Positions 15,535 through 26,509 of a stretch of DNA of 64,000 nt are shown one piece after another (the stretch's first letter is position 1; every line of letters begins with the position of its first letter). The notes under the pieces are model-generated. The model made no database searches. It was not told the DNA's origin and was given only the letters and a program-made list of their open reading frames with translations. The DNA comes from Oscillospiraceae bacterium (lineage in GTDB: Bacteria; Bacillota; Clostridia; Oscillospirales; Acutalibacteraceae): assembly GCA_015065585.1 (NCBI GenBank), contig SVQC01000003.1, positions 1,363-65,362 on the forward strand, read 5' to 3'. The translations under genes and the position numbers were made by a program.

Positions 15535-15539
15535 AATGA

Positions 15540-16643
15540 CTATAAAACTCCCGTAGGTAGTAAAGGATTCATCGGTTCTTCACGTTTAAAATGTGTTGTC
15601 AATTCATAAACCTTACCCGTTTCAGCACTCTTCATGATACCCATCATTACCTCAAGCACATGATAGGTCTGTAAATACGAAGCTCTTGGAGTTCTGCCCT
15701 GTTCTATTGCAGCAGCAAGGTCAGCAAGACCGAGACATCTTGAATTTTCATTGTACCCAAACTCAAATTGCAAATCGGTTTTTTCTCTGCTTTCTCCATC
15801 AATAAAACTCATACCACACTGATTAGCAAAACAGTTAGGGTCAGGAACTATAAGATGTCCCTTTGTTCCGTAAAGCTGAATTGCAGGATGGTCAAAACTA
15901 TACAGGTCAAAACTTGCAAGAAAAGAAACGGTAGCTCCACTCGCAAAAGTTATAATCGACTCATAGTGTGTTGGCACATTCACTTTGATAACCGCACCAT
16001 CTTGTGGCTGAGAAGTAATACGTCTTTCTTTAAAGGTGGTTTCAGAAACGCCAAAAACACTTTTGACCTCGCCTAAAAGATTTATAAGAGCGGTTATGTA
16101 ATAAGGTCCCATATCAAGCAATGGCCCACCGCCAAACTGATAGAAAAAGTCAGGGTCAGGATGCCAACTTTCAACGCCATGATGTGCCATTATACAGCGG
16201 CCGCCTATTACATCACCTAGTTTACCGTCATCAATAAACTTTCGACATGTTTGGATACCTGCACCCATAAATGTGTCGGGTGCGCCGCCTATCCAAAGTC
16301 CTTTCTCCTGAGCCAACTTAACAAGTAATGTACCCTCTTCAAAATCAGCACCCAACGGTTTTTCACTGTATACGTGTTTGCCTGCAAGCAATGCAGCCTT
16401 TGACACTTCAAAATGCTGATACGGACGGGTCAAATTCAAAACAAAATCAATTTCATCATCAGCAAAAAGCTGCTCCATGGTATCGTAGATTTTAGGAATA
16501 TTATATTCTTTATACGCTTTCTCGGCGCGCTCTCTTATAAGGTCGCAAACTGCAACAAGCTCTACATTCTTAAAAACCTCCTTAAAGTTTTTAAGATAAA
16601 TACCGCTGATGTTGCCAACTCCAACCATTCCCACTTTTAACAT
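15540..16643 (-). CDS. Gfo/Idh/MocA family oxidoreductase
   Basis: N-terminal Rossmann motif MLKVGMVGVGNISGIY and the EKPL motif (VYSEKPLG). Confidence 0.88.
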   Translation of the reverse strand: MLKVGMVGVGNISGIYLKNFKEVFKNVELVAVCDLIRERAEKAYKEYNIPKIYDTMEQLFADDEIDFVLNLTRPYQHFEVSKAALLAGKHVYSEKPLGADFEEGTLLVKLAQEKGLWIGGAPDTFMGAGIQTCRKFIDDGKLGDVIGGRCIMAHHGVESWHPDPDFFYQFGGGPLLDMGPYYITALINLLGEVKSVFGVSETTFKERRITSQPQDGAVIKVNVPTHYESIITFASGATVSFLASFDLYSFDHPAIQLYGTKGHLIVPDPNCFANQCGMSFIDGESREKTDLQFEFGYNENSRCLGLADLAAAIEQGRTPRASYLQTYHVLEVMMGIMKSAETGKVYELTTHFKREEPMNPLLPTGVL

Positions 16644-16655
16644 ATGTTTATCCGC

Positions 16656-17312
16656 CTAATCCTTTGCAGCCCAAAGCATTCCCCTTTCCATCAAGAGAGC
16701 AGCCTCTGGGCATTTATCAAAGACATCATCGTGATGTCCTAACGAACAATAAAATATTTTTCCTTTTCCCCAATATTTTGTCCAGGCAACAGGCATATCA
16801 ACCGGCTTATTTGTAGCATGAGGATGGTCAATCAATGGGAATCTAGTAGTTGCAAGAACCTCAATAGCGGGGTCGATATGCATATAATAATGTTCTGAAA
16901 AAACCTTAAAGTCGTTTATTCCCTCTGTAATCGGACTTGAGCCACGAGAAACATTAACGGTATATTCTACCATTCCGCCCGGATGACTCACCCACTGACC
17001 TCCTGTTATAAATTGCCACTGAGTACAGGTTCTGAAAGCATCGCACATACCTCCATGACAGCCTGCCATTCCTACTCCGTTCACAAGAGCGTTGGAAACA
17101 CTTTCCAAATATTGCGTAGAAATTTCGCTCATAGTAATTATTGGGACAAGCAAGTTATATTCTAAAAGCTTCTCTTTATCTTTAATACATTCAATACCTT
17201 CGCAAATTTCTACCTCAAAACCATTTTTTTCAAGCATTTTCCCAAAACGGTTGGACACAAGCTGTGGCTCGTGACCATCCCAACCGCCCCAAAAAATTAG
17301 TGCTTTTTTCAT
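16656..17312 (-). CDS. ThuA domain-containing protein
   Basis: 218 aa starting MKKALIFWGGWDGHEP, typical of the ThuA-like class I glutamine amidotransferase-like fold. It is adjacent to a Gfo/Idh/MocA gene, as is usual. Confidence 0.8.
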   Translation of the reverse strand: MKKALIFWGGWDGHEPQLVSNRFGKMLEKNGFEVEICEGIECIKDKEKLLEYNLLVPIITMSEISTQYLESVSNALVNGVGMAGCHGGMCDAFRTCTQWQFITGGQWVSHPGGMVEYTVNVSRGSSPITEGINDFKVFSEHYYMHIDPAIEVLATTRFPLIDHPHATNKPVDMPVAWTKYWGKGKIFYCSLGHHDDVFDKCPEAALLMERGMLWAAKD

Positions 17313-17476
17313 ATTAACAACCTCCTTTTTCTATTATTATACATATTACTGTCAGCAAATAAATACTATTTTGAGTTTCAAACAAGACAAAATTAGTGCT
17401 AAATATATGTCGTAATTGACAAAATGTGCATTTTTATATTAAAATATAAGACGAAAATAGTTTTAAGGAGTCTGTT

Positions 17477-18248
17477 ATGGTATTCGAATCAGTTCATTCC
17501 TTTGATGATAATGAGTTCATACAACGAGAGGGTAAGAACTTAAATTGCAAGATGCATATACACCGTTCCTTTGAATTTTTTAAGTTGTTAAATGGTATAT
17601 CTGAAGTAGTCATTGACGATAAAATCTATACGCTACGCAGGGAGACTCAATACTGATTTTCCCATATCAAACTCATTCATACACCGCTAAATCCGAAGAC
17701 ACAACTTATGTTATATACATTTTCTCCCCAAACACAGTTCCAACCTTTTATAATAGTGTGAAAAACAAGCTCCCACTAGATAATAAATTCATCACGCGCA
17801 TACCAAAAAATATTATTTTAGAAAACGATTTTCATAAAAAATCTTTTGCTTATTTTTTGTGCGGAGAATTTTCCGTAAACACACAATATTACGAAAACCA
17901 TCAGAATTAAAAGATAATTATTTTGAAAAACTACTATTATATATTAATGAAAATTTTAATAATAATTGTACTTTAAAAGATGCGTCAAAACATATTGGCT
18001 ATGACTATTCGTATATTTCCAAGAAGTTTAAAAACAAAATGGGAATACCGTTTAAAGAATATGTGAACTATTTGCGAATTTCCGAAGCTAAGCATCTTTT
18101 AATTTCAATCTCCAGTAATCTTTATGAAATTAGTGATAAATGCGGTTTTATGTCCTATCGTTCCTTTAATAGAGAATTCTGCAAATGGACTTCTCTAACT
18201 CCCTCTGAATACAGAAAAGTAAATACTAATAAATATCCGCAAGATTAG
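17477..18248 (+). pseudogene. AraC-family regulator (cupin + HTH) interrupted by two frameshifts
   Basis: AAGGAG RBS plus ATG at 17477. Frame 1 stops at 17654-17656 (..IYTLRRETQY*). The cupin continues in another frame (GDSILIFPYQTHSY...) to a stop at 17908-17910. The AraC HTH (..LKDASKHIGYDYSYISKKFKNKMGIPFKEYVNYLRISEAKHLL..SYRSFNREFCKWTSLTPSEYRK) is in the third frame and runs to 18248. Confidence 0.8.
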
Positions 18249-18396
18249 TAGCGAAAAAATATAAATATACGTTAAAGGTTCCCCTATAACATTTGATACC
18301 TCGTTAAAGTGAAAAAACATACTGTCCTATTTTCTTATTTTTCTGTTGACATTTTTTAACAATACAAGTATTCACGTTGTTTTCGTGATACAATAC

Positions 18397-18432
18397 AAAA
18401 AAACGGGATATTCCTTTTCGGAATATCCCGTT
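18397..18432 (-). terminator. Intrinsic terminator after ftsZ
   Basis: The minus-strand hairpin AACGGGATATTCC-gaaaa-GGAATATCCCGTT is followed by seven T. Confidence 0.9.
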
Positions 18433-18445
18433 AAACATTATAAAA

Positions 18446-19510
18446 TTATTTATTGTTAAAAATGTCGATGAGGTCGGTATAGGTTTCGTCTTCTTCCTCA
18501 CTCTGTACCAAACCACCGTATTTAGCAGCAAGGTCGCCGTCTTTCTTAGCGTCATCATCGCCAAGACCTGTTGCAACAACGGTTACGCGGATAGCATCCT
18601 CCAAGGTATCATCGAACTTAGCACCCCAAATAATAGTTGCATCAGGATGAGCCATTTCTGCAATGATATTAGAAGCAAGTTCAACCTCTTCAAGACCGAT
18701 ATCTTCAGAACCGGTAATGCTGATGATAACACCCTTAGCATTATCCATAGAGGTTTCAATAAGAGGACTGCTGATAGCGGCTCTTGCAGCTTCTTCTGCC
18801 TTATCACGACCTGTAGCGTAACCAACGCCCATGTGAGCATAGCCAGCATCAGCCATAATAGCGGTAACGTCAGCAAAGTCAAGGTTAACAAGTGCAGTTT
18901 CATTAATAAGCTCAGTAATGCTTTGAACACCCTGACGAAGAACATCATCAGCAATATCAAAAGCATTCTTGAAAGTAATCTTCTGTTCAGAAACAAATTT
19001 AAGACGCTCGTTAGGAATAACGATAAGGCTGTCAACCTGTTCCTTTAAAGCAGCGATACCAGCTTCAGCCTGCTGCATACGTTTCTTGCCTTCAAAGCCG
19101 AAAGGCTTAGTAACGATACCAACAGTAAGTATACCAAGTTCTTTAGCAATACGTGCAACAATGGGAGCAGCACCGGTACCGGTACCACCGCCCATACCAG
19201 CGGTAATAAATATCATATCAGCAGAGCTGATAGCAGCAGTAATTTCATCTGCAGCTTCCTCTGCAGCTGCTTTACCCTTTTCAGGATTAGCGCCGGCGCC
19301 TTTACCACCGGTAGTTTTATCACCAATCTGAAGTTTTTGATTAGCTTTAGATAAGAATAAGGCTGCTTTATCGGTGTTGATGGCAACAAATTCTACGCCC
19401 TTAACACCGGCATCAACCATACGGTTAACAGCGTTACCGCCACCGCCGCCGACACCTACAACTTTAATCTGAACAACATCTTCAGCTTCATTTCCAATTC
19501 CGAAAGGCAT
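18446..19510 (-). CDS. ftsZ: Cell division protein FtsZ
   Basis: Tubulin signature [10 protein letters not shown] and [16 protein letters not shown] prefer the ATG at 19510 (MPFGIG), 8 nt after GGAGGAA. The ORF track extends to 19525. Confidence 0.96.
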   Translation of the reverse strand: MPFGIGNEAEDVVQIKVVGVGGGGGNAVNRMVDAGVKGVEFVAINTDKAALFLSKANQKLQIGDKTTGGKGAGANPEKGKAAAEEAADEITAAISSADMIFITAGMGGGTGTGAAPIVARIAKELGILTVGIVTKPFGFEGKKRMQQAEAGIAALKEQVDSLIVIPNERLKFVSEQKITFKNAFDIADDVLRQGVQSITELINETALVNLDFADVTAIMADAGYAHMGVGYATGRDKAEEAARAAISSPLIETSMDNAKGVIISITGSEDIGLEEVELASNIIAEMAHPDATIIWGAKFDDTLEDAIRVTVVATGLGDDDAKKDGDLAAKYGGLVQSEEEDETYTDLIDIFNNK

Positions 19511-19651
19511 TGTGAATTCCTCCATTTTTTAAATTTAAACAACATTTTGCATTAAACTATTAAAACACAAAATAATAATAACATAGATATTTTTAAATTT
19601 CAATAGGTTATTTACAAAAAATATTATTTTTCTCAAACTTTTTTGACATTT

Positions 19652-20419
19652 CTAGTTGTTTTTAAAATATGAACCCCTTGGATTATCGGGATTATACATA
19701 TCAAGCCTGAATACACCGCTGTCGTTTTCACTCTTTGTTTCCATCATCTCAAAGAGCAGAAGCAATTTTTCCTTAAAATAAACAGATTCTCCGAATTCCA
19801 CGGTAAATCGTGAATCTATACCCATTCTAATACCGTACATATCTGTAAGGTCAATATAGGAAGGCATAACCGAAAACTTGTAGGCATTAGCGCCAATTTC
19901 ATTAATAACTGACACTGCCTTTGGGTCGCTTAAAGAAATTTTATTTATATCTTTGTTTTCAAGAGTTGCCGTACACTCAACGTAAATCACACCGCTTGGA
20001 CAAGCAGAATATTCCTTTAATACCCTGCCATTTTTATCGGTTGAATAAAACGCTTCGTTAATTTTATAACAAAAAATTTCTTTCGCATCATTAACCGTAA
20101 TTTTTAACGTATCGGGAAGCTTGCGTTTAATTTCGATACTATCTACAAAGGCAAGCTCCTTTTGTATTTTATCAAATATTTTTTCTTCGCTGATTAAAAG
20201 CAAATTATCATTTTCGGATATACCGCTTGCCTTTAAAACAGTCTCGGAATCATAAAAGGTACTACCCAAAATAATGATATTTTTTACAGGAAAGAAAACC
20301 GTTACCGAAAGGCCGATAACAAGCGCTAAAGCCACCACCGAAAGCAATATAAGAAGTGCCGCTTTTCTCCGTTTTTTCTTGTTTTTTCTTTTAGCTTTTT
20401 CAACATCTGTACGACTCAT
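19652..20419 (-). CDS. ftsQ: Cell division protein FtsQ/DivIB (POTRA domain)
   Basis: Basic N-terminus, a single TM (ALLILLSVVALALVIGLSV), then a POTRA-like segment (VKNIIILGSTFYDSETVLKASGI). Position between murA and ftsZ in the dcw cluster fits. Confidence 0.8.
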   Translation of the reverse strand: MSRTDVEKAKRKNKKKRRKAALLILLSVVALALVIGLSVTVFFPVKNIIILGSTFYDSETVLKASGISENDNLLLISEEKIFDKIQKELAFVDSIEIKRKLPDTLKITVNDAKEIFCYKINEAFYSTDKNGRVLKEYSACPSGVIYVECTATLENKDINKISLSDPKAVSVINEIGANAYKFSVMPSYIDLTDMYGIRMGIDSRFTVEFGESVYFKEKLLLLFEMMETKSENDSGVFRLDMYNPDNPRGSYFKNN

Positions 20420-20420
20420 T

Positions 20421-21674
20421 TTATAACTCCTTTATATCTGCACCGAGCTCAGCAAAACAATTAACTATATTACAGTATCCTCGTTCAATATGATAGGTTT
20501 TGTAAATAACCGATTCGCCTTCAGCCATAAGGGCGGCAAGTATTAGTGCCGCACCGCCTCTGAGGTCGGTACACTCCACATTAGCACCAATTAATTCCTT
20601 AATGCCGTTACTAATTGCTGTGTTACCGTCAAGAGTAATATCAGCATTAAACTTATTTAACTGGTCAATATATCTGAATCTGTTTTTAAAAATCGTTTCG
20701 GTAATAGAGTTACTGCCATCTGATTTCAAAAATAAAGGTAGAGTAACCGGTCCTGCATCGGTGGGAAAGGCAGGATAAACACCCGTAGTTATATCAAGAC
20801 AAGCACTATATTTTTCTTTACCCTTAAGATAAATTTCTTTGCCGTTTGTCTTTATATTACAACCCATATCATCAAAAAAACGAATAATTGACAGCATATT
20901 GGCAGCGCCTGTATTTTTAAGGCATATTTCACCGTTTGTAACTGCGGCGGCAGATAAATATGTAGCCGCAACTATACGGTCGGGTAAAACTCTGTGTTCT
21001 ACAGAGTGCAGTTTATTTACCCCTTCGATTATCACAGTAGAGGAACCTGCGCCTTTGATTTTAGCACCTGCTTTATTTAAAAAGTCGCATAAATCACTTA
21101 TTTCAGGCTCTTTCGCAGCATTTTTTATAACGGTAGTTCCTTTTGATAGACAAGCCGCGATAATAATGTTTTCGGTAGCGCCAACGCTTGGGAACGTAAG
21201 AAAAATTTCTGCTCCCCTTATTCCGCCTGAGGCACTGCAAATAAGACGGTCATCCGCGTCATTAACGCTAACTCCCATTTTTTTAAGTGCCGATAAATGT
21301 AAATCAATGGGTCGGGGTCCGAGCTCACAGCCGCCGGGATAACTTATCACAGCTTTGCCCATTCTTGAAATCACAGCCCCTAAAAATACTACCGAGGAAC
21401 GCATTTCGCTCATTAATTCTTTACTGATTTCATAATTTGCCGCGTCGCTTGCATCCACGATGACCGTAGTTTCATCTCTTACACAAACGCAACCAAGCAT
21501 AATAAGAATTTTAAGTGCCGCATCAACATCAGTAAGGTCAGGACAGTTATGTATAACACTTCTGCCGTTAATAAGTAGGGTTGCCGCCAAAATTGGCAAA
21601 ACGCTGTTTTTGGCGCCCTGTACCTGCAAACAACCGCCCAGCCTCTTCTTACCTCTAACCTTTATAGTCTTCAT
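20421..21674 (-). CDS. murA: UDP-N-acetylglucosamine 1-carboxyvinyltransferase
   Basis: The active-site loop YPGGCELGPRPIDLH has the catalytic Cys. The likely start is MKTIKVRGKK at 21674. The ORF track extends to 21704. Confidence 0.92.
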   Translation of the reverse strand: MKTIKVRGKKRLGGCLQVQGAKNSVLPILAATLLINGRSVIHNCPDLTDVDAALKILIMLGCVCVRDETTVIVDASDAANYEISKELMSEMRSSVVFLGAVISRMGKAVISYPGGCELGPRPIDLHLSALKKMGVSVNDADDRLICSASGGIRGAEIFLTFPSVGATENIIIAACLSKGTTVIKNAAKEPEISDLCDFLNKAGAKIKGAGSSTVIIEGVNKLHSVEHRVLPDRIVAATYLSAAAVTNGEICLKNTGAANMLSIIRFFDDMGCNIKTNGKEIYLKGKEKYSACLDITTGVYPAFPTDAGPVTLPLFLKSDGSNSITETIFKNRFRYIDQLNKFNADITLDGNTAISNGIKELIGANVECTDLRGGAALILAALMAEGESVIYKTYHIERGYCNIVNCFAELGADIKEL

Positions 21675-21740
21675 AAAAGCACCCCGCATATTACAAAAGT
21701 TCATATTTTATAATATGCAGTCATAAAGGTTTTGACAAAA

Positions 21741-22847
21741 TTACTTCATAAGAGCAATTATTATATCGTAAATTCTGCGATTTGCATCGTCAATAGCCAT
21801 TTTACGAGCATTTTCACTCATAATATTAAGTCTGTTTTTATCTTTTAAAATATCATTTATAGTCTTAGTTAAAATTTTACCGTTCAAATCTTTTTCCTCT
21901 ATAACCTCTGCTGCCCCCGCATTTTTTAGAGTCATAGCATTGTGATACTGATGATTTTCAGCAACATAAGGAGACGGAATAAGTATTGACGGCTTCTTGC
22001 ATACCGTCAGTTCGCTAAGAGTTATTGCACCTGCGCGGCAAATTACTATATCTGCCGCCGCCATGCATATATCCATATCATTTATATATTCACGAATATG
22101 GGTGGTTTTATCAAGGGTGATATCAGCAAGTGAATCACACATAGCCGTATATCCAACTTTGCCAGTACCGTGAATATGATAAAATTCTTCTTTGCCGTTA
22201 TTACTTCTTATAAATTCGGCTACTGCCTCGTTAATTCTTCTTGCACCAAGACTTCCGCCAAAAGAAAGAATTACAGGTCGCTCGTCAAAACCAAGCTTTG
22301 CTTTTGCCTCTGACTTACTTATATTAAGAAGTTCGGTTCTTATAGGATTGCCTGTAATATCAGGTTTTTTGTTAAGTTTGAATCTACTTTCTGCCTCAGG
22401 CATAGCCAACATAACACGGTCGACCATATTCGACAGCATTTTATTTGTAACACCTGGAAAAGCATTCTGCTCGTGAATAGCAGTTTTAATTTTCAGCTTC
22501 GCCGCCGCCTTAAGCACAGGTCCGCTTACATAACCGCCCGTACCTACAACAACATCAGGCTTTAGTTCTTTAAGAAGCTTTTCTGCCTTTATTGATGCGA
22601 CCGCCGCATTATATACTGCCTTAACATTATGAACTATATTTTTAGGTGTTAGTTTCCGTTGAAAGCCTTGAACCTCAATGCTATAAAAATCATAGCCTTT
22701 TTCGGGAACAAGCTTTGCTTCAAGTTTAGTTTTTGTGCCGATATAACTGATTTTAGCATCGGGGTGTTTTTCTTTTATATATCCGGCAACAGCAAGGGCT
22801 GGATTAATATGACCTGCCGTACCGCCGCCTGCAAACAAAATATGCAT
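21741..22847 (-). CDS. murG: UDP-N-acetylglucosamine--N-acetylmuramyl-(pentapeptide) pyrophosphoryl-undecaprenol N-acetylglucosamine transferase
   Basis: MHILFAGGGTAGHINPALAV N-terminus and the GT28 C-terminal domain. dcw context fits. Confidence 0.95.
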   Translation of the reverse strand: MHILFAGGGTAGHINPALAVAGYIKEKHPDAKISYIGTKTKLEAKLVPEKGYDFYSIEVQGFQRKLTPKNIVHNVKAVYNAAVASIKAEKLLKELKPDVVVGTGGYVSGPVLKAAAKLKIKTAIHEQNAFPGVTNKMLSNMVDRVMLAMPEAESRFKLNKKPDITGNPIRTELLNISKSEAKAKLGFDERPVILSFGGSLGARRINEAVAEFIRSNNGKEEFYHIHGTGKVGYTAMCDSLADITLDKTTHIREYINDMDICMAAADIVICRAGAITLSELTVCKKPSILIPSPYVAENHQYHNAMTLKNAGAAEVIEEKDLNGKILTKTINDILKDKNRLNIMSENARKMAIDDANRRIYDIIIALMK

Positions 22848-22855
22848 ACTTTTAC

Positions 22856-24007
22856 CTACACTTTCTCAAGATTCGCGCTTCGGGAAATAGAAAGCACTAT
22901 TCCCATCTCAGCAAGCAAAATAAGTAAAGCAGTACCGCCGTAACTAAAAAACGGCAAGCTTATACCCGTATTAGGTATGGTATTGGTAACAACCATCATA
23001 TTAAGCGCCGCCTGTAAAGCCACCTGAAAGGTTAGACCCACAGCCATAAGCGAGCTGTATTTTGATGGCGAATGCATTGCTATATTAAAGCCGCGCCATA
23101 CAAGTAAACAGAACAGAATTATGATTGCAAGCGCACCTATAAGGCCAAGCTCTTCACAAACTATTGAAAAAATAAAATCATTATGTGGTTCAGGAAGCCA
23201 TGAGTATTTCTGTCTTGACTGACCTATTCCTCTTCCAAGTAAACCGCCCGAGCCTATTGCCAGTAAAGACTGAATTGTCTGATAACCCTTACCAGTAGCA
23301 TCAGCCCAAGGGTCAATCCAATACTGAAAACGGCTTGCAGCATAGTCAACAAGACCGGTTATTACTATAAGAGCAACACCTACAGCAGCAATAATACCAC
23401 CGCCGATAATGTATTTAACGGCCATACCGCCGACAATCATCAACACAATTCCAATAACAAGCATTAATACCGTTGCCGAAAGATGAGTTTCTACAACAAC
23501 AAGACCGCAAACCAAAGCTAAAAGTAATATCAAGAAGCCTATAAACCTTATGTCTCCCATTCTTTTATGATTTCTGGCAATAAGATGAGAAAACAAAAGT
23601 ATAATAGAAAATTTTGCGATTTCGGAGGGCTGGAAAGAAAAAGAGCCTATAACAAGCCATCTCTTATGCTCCATTCCTTCCTGCATAGGAGGGAGAGCAA
23701 GAACGAGAACAAGCATAATAACCGAAATTATATAAATAAAAGGGGAAAACTTACGAAGAATATTGCAGTCAATACGGGAAACAAAAAGCATTATAAGTAC
23801 TCCTGCAACTGCAAAAATCGCCTGTCTTACGATAAAGTGATAGCTGTCGCCGTACTGCGCATAGCAATAAGCATAACTTGCAGAAAAAAGCATAACAAGA
23901 CCCACAGAAAGCAATATAAGCACAAGAGATAAAAAGCCTATATCCATTTTACCTTCCTGATACATATTCAGTTTTTTCAGTACTCTTGCTAGCAGGTTAT
24001 CCTTCAT
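22856..24007 (-). CDS. ftsW: FtsW/RodA/SpoVE family peptidoglycan glycosyltransferase
   Basis: Ten-TM SEDS protein with QPSEIAKF and SYGGTALL motifs, located between mraY and murG. Confidence 0.9.
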   Translation of the reverse strand: MKDNLLARVLKKLNMYQEGKMDIGFLSLVLILLSVGLVMLFSASYAYCYAQYGDSYHFIVRQAIFAVAGVLIMLFVSRIDCNILRKFSPFIYIISVIMLVLVLALPPMQEGMEHKRWLVIGSFSFQPSEIAKFSIILLFSHLIARNHKRMGDIRFIGFLILLLALVCGLVVVETHLSATVLMLVIGIVLMIVGGMAVKYIIGGGIIAAVGVALIVITGLVDYAASRFQYWIDPWADATGKGYQTIQSLLAIGSGGLLGRGIGQSRQKYSWLPEPHNDFIFSIVCEELGLIGALAIIILFCLLVWRGFNIAMHSPSKYSSLMAVGLTFQVALQAALNMMVVTNTIPNTGISLPFFSYGGTALLILLAEMGIVLSISRSANLEKV

Positions 24008-24034
24008 CTGACCGCTGACCTCCGTAAATATTTT

Positions 24035-25057
24035 TTATGAGTATAAAACAAGTATTATTGCTATAATCGAGAAAATAAATGCTACTGCCGAAAAAATGAA
24101 AACAATTTTTTCTTCCGTCCAACCGCACATTTCAAAATGATGATGAATAGGGCTCATTTTAAAGATTCTTTTGCCCGTTAATTTATATGATGTTACTTGA
24201 AGAACAACAGATAGTGCTTCAAGCAGATAAACAATCCCAACTAAAAGTAGCAAAACAGGACGCTGTACTCCAAAGGAAAGTGCAACAACTGCACCGCCTA
24301 AAAACATAGAACCAGTATCCCCCATAAATACTTTAGCCGGATGCATATTCCATACCAAAAATCCTCCGCAAGCACCTGCTACAGCGGCGGCATAAACATT
24401 CATTCCAACTAACGAACCGCCGACAACTGCAATTATCATAAAAGCACAGCAGGAAACAAGTGTAACCGAAGAAGCTAGACCGTCAAGGCCGTCAGTAAGA
24501 TTAACGGCATTAACAAATCCATAAACGAAGAAAAAGGCGATGGGCCAAAAGAGTAGTCCCCAACCGCTTATAATTGAAACGTCACCAATAAAGGGAATCC
24601 AAGTTGTGTTCATACCTGCAAAAGCAAGTGCAACCAAGTAAAGCGCCGAAACAATGCCCTGAAGTACAGTTTTCTGCTTAGCAGTAAGACCTAAATTTCT
24701 TTTTTTCACTACCTTTATATAATCGTCAAGAAAACCTATAAATCCCATTGAAAAAGCAAGAATTACTCCAGCTATAAGCATAGAAATTCTTTTTGCATTA
24801 TCAAACTCCTTTATAAGCTCTCCTCTTATTATAACCGAATATAAAATTCCTATAAGCAACGAAAAAAGAACAGAAGCCATAAGCATAACACCGCCCATTG
24901 TAGGTGTTCCCTGCTTATTTTTATGCCACGAAGGACCAATATCAAGAATAGTCTGTCCGTATTTAAGCTTGTGAAGATAAGGAATAACCTTAAATCCAAG
25001 TACTGCGGTTATTCCAAATGAAATAATAACAACAATTAAAGATGTTAAATCCTTCAT
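24035..25057 (-). CDS. mraY: Phospho-N-acetylmuramoyl-pentapeptide transferase
   Basis: Motifs KQGTPTMGG, NAVNLTDGLDGLA and GDTGSMFLGG. It overlaps the murE stop (ATGA). Confidence 0.96.
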   Translation of the reverse strand: MKDLTSLIVVIISFGITAVLGFKVIPYLHKLKYGQTILDIGPSWHKNKQGTPTMGGVMLMASVLFSLLIGILYSVIIRGELIKEFDNAKRISMLIAGVILAFSMGFIGFLDDYIKVVKKRNLGLTAKQKTVLQGIVSALYLVALAFAGMNTTWIPFIGDVSIISGWGLLFWPIAFFFVYGFVNAVNLTDGLDGLASSVTLVSCCAFMIIAVVGGSLVGMNVYAAAVAGACGGFLVWNMHPAKVFMGDTGSMFLGGAVVALSFGVQRPVLLLLVGIVYLLEALSVVLQVTSYKLTGKRIFKMSPIHHHFEMCGWTEEKIVFIFSAVAFIFSIIAIILVLYS

Positions 25058-26496
25058 TTTTCTGCTTCCTTTCTTTTTTCAATAGCCTCAGCCACAATTT
25101 CACGCTCATCAAGATGTATGGTTCTGTCAGCTAAAATCTGATATGTTTCATGTCCTTTACCCGCTAGAACGATAATGTCGCCTTTCTTTGCATTTTCTAT
25201 AGCATAATTTATGGCTTCAATTCTATTTTCAATAGCAACATAGGGTGTATTTTTGTTTTTCACACCTGACAGTATATCTTCAATTATACTCTGGGGATTT
25301 TCGCTTCTGGGGTTATCGCTGGTAACAATAAGGAAATCCGCCTTTTCTGCGGCAATTTCGCCCATAATGGGACGTTTGGTTTTATCTCTGTCACCACCGC
25401 AACCAAAAAGAGCGATAAGCCTACCCTTTTTACACTCAGCAAAGGTATTAAGTATATTACTTAATCCATCGGGAGTGTGAGCATAGTCAATAATAATTGT
25501 AAAATCAAAGGGGTTTTTAACCACCTCTGCTCTGCCCTTTACACCGCTTTGCGCAGAAAGAGCCTCAGAAATTATTTCCTCGCTTACGCCTACAGTTAGA
25601 GTGCTTACAGCTGCAGACATAGCATTATAAACCGTAAATTTACCGCCTGTGTTCATATTAAGGGGAAGTTCTATACCATTAGAACAAAGGACAAACCCAA
25701 CACCATCAGCCTTATAATCAATATCTTTTGCATAATATGTTGCCTTATCATTTTCAGCAGAAAGTAATATTGCTTTGCAGTCAAGCCCCTCTGCAATACT
25801 CTCGGCGTATTTATCGTCGCTGTTAATTATAGCAGTTTTGCACATTGAAAACAGTCGTTTTTTCGCCAACATATAGTTTTCCATAGTAACATGATAATCA
25901 AGATGGTCTTGGGTAAGATTAGTAAATACGGCGGCTTCAAATTCCACACCGTAAACTCGTTTTTGGTCCAGAGCGTGTGAGGAAACCTCCATTACGACAT
26001 AAGTACAACCCTTTTGTACCATCAGAGCAAAAAGCTCATTCAGTTTATAGCAATCGGGGGTGGTGTGCTTGGTTTCTATAATTTCTTCGCCAATCATATT
26101 CTGAATAGTACCAATAAGACCTACCTTTTCCCCGTTTGCCTCAAGAATTTTTTTAATCATATAGGTTACGGAGGTTTTGCCGTTAGTACCCGTAACGCCT
26201 ATAAGCTTCAACTTATCTGCAGGACAGTCAAACCATTTAGCCGACATTGTAGCAAAAGCGGCGTGAGTATCATCAACTATAATGTCAATACCGGTACCCG
26301 TTTCTTTTTCAGCAATAATTACGGCGGCGCCCTTTTCCTTAGCGGACATGGCAAAATTATGGCCGTCATTTACCGTGCCTTTGATGCATATATAGGCAAA
26401 TCCTTCTTCTACCAAACGAGAATCTGTAGTAATGCCTTTTATTTCAATATCACTTAATTTGCTGTCAATATTGCCGATAAGTTCATAAAGCTTCAT
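25054..26496 (-). CDS. murE: UDP-N-acetylmuramoyl-L-alanyl-D-glutamate--2,6-diaminopimelate ligase
   Basis: P-loop GVTGTNGKTS and the DNPR motif (VTSDNPRSE) typical of DAP-adding MurE. The likely start is MKLYELIG at 26496 after AGAGG. The ORF track extends to 26526. Confidence 0.93.
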   Translation of the reverse strand: MKLYELIGNIDSKLSDIEIKGITTDSRLVEEGFAYICIKGTVNDGHNFAMSAKEKGAAVIIAEKETGTGIDIIVDDTHAAFATMSAKWFDCPADKLKLIGVTGTNGKTSVTYMIKKILEANGEKVGLIGTIQNMIGEEIIETKHTTPDCYKLNELFALMVQKGCTYVVMEVSSHALDQKRVYGVEFEAAVFTNLTQDHLDYHVTMENYMLAKKRLFSMCKTAIINSDDKYAESIAEGLDCKAILLSAENDKATYYAKDIDYKADGVGFVLCSNGIELPLNMNTGGKFTVYNAMSAAVSTLTVGVSEEIISEALSAQSGVKGRAEVVKNPFDFTIIIDYAHTPDGLSNILNTFAECKKGRLIALFGCGGDRDKTKRPIMGEIAAEKADFLIVTSDNPRSENPQSIIEDILSGVKNKNTPYVAIENRIEAINYAIENAKKGDIIVLAGKGHETYQILADRTIHLDEREIVAEAIEKRKEAEK

Positions 26497-26509
26497 ATAA
26501 AAACCTCTG

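Noticed and set aside
15540-17312. ThuA + Gfo/Idh/MocA pair, considered as a possible novel system.
   Set aside because: This is a very common two-gene sugar-oxidoreductase module, with nothing unusual in sequence or spacing beyond the adjacent broken regulator.
18304-18579. 91-aa minus-strand ORF overlapping the 3' end of ftsZ and its terminator.
   Set aside because: It is out of frame with ftsZ, spans the terminator hairpin and has no RBS or homology signal. It is spurious.
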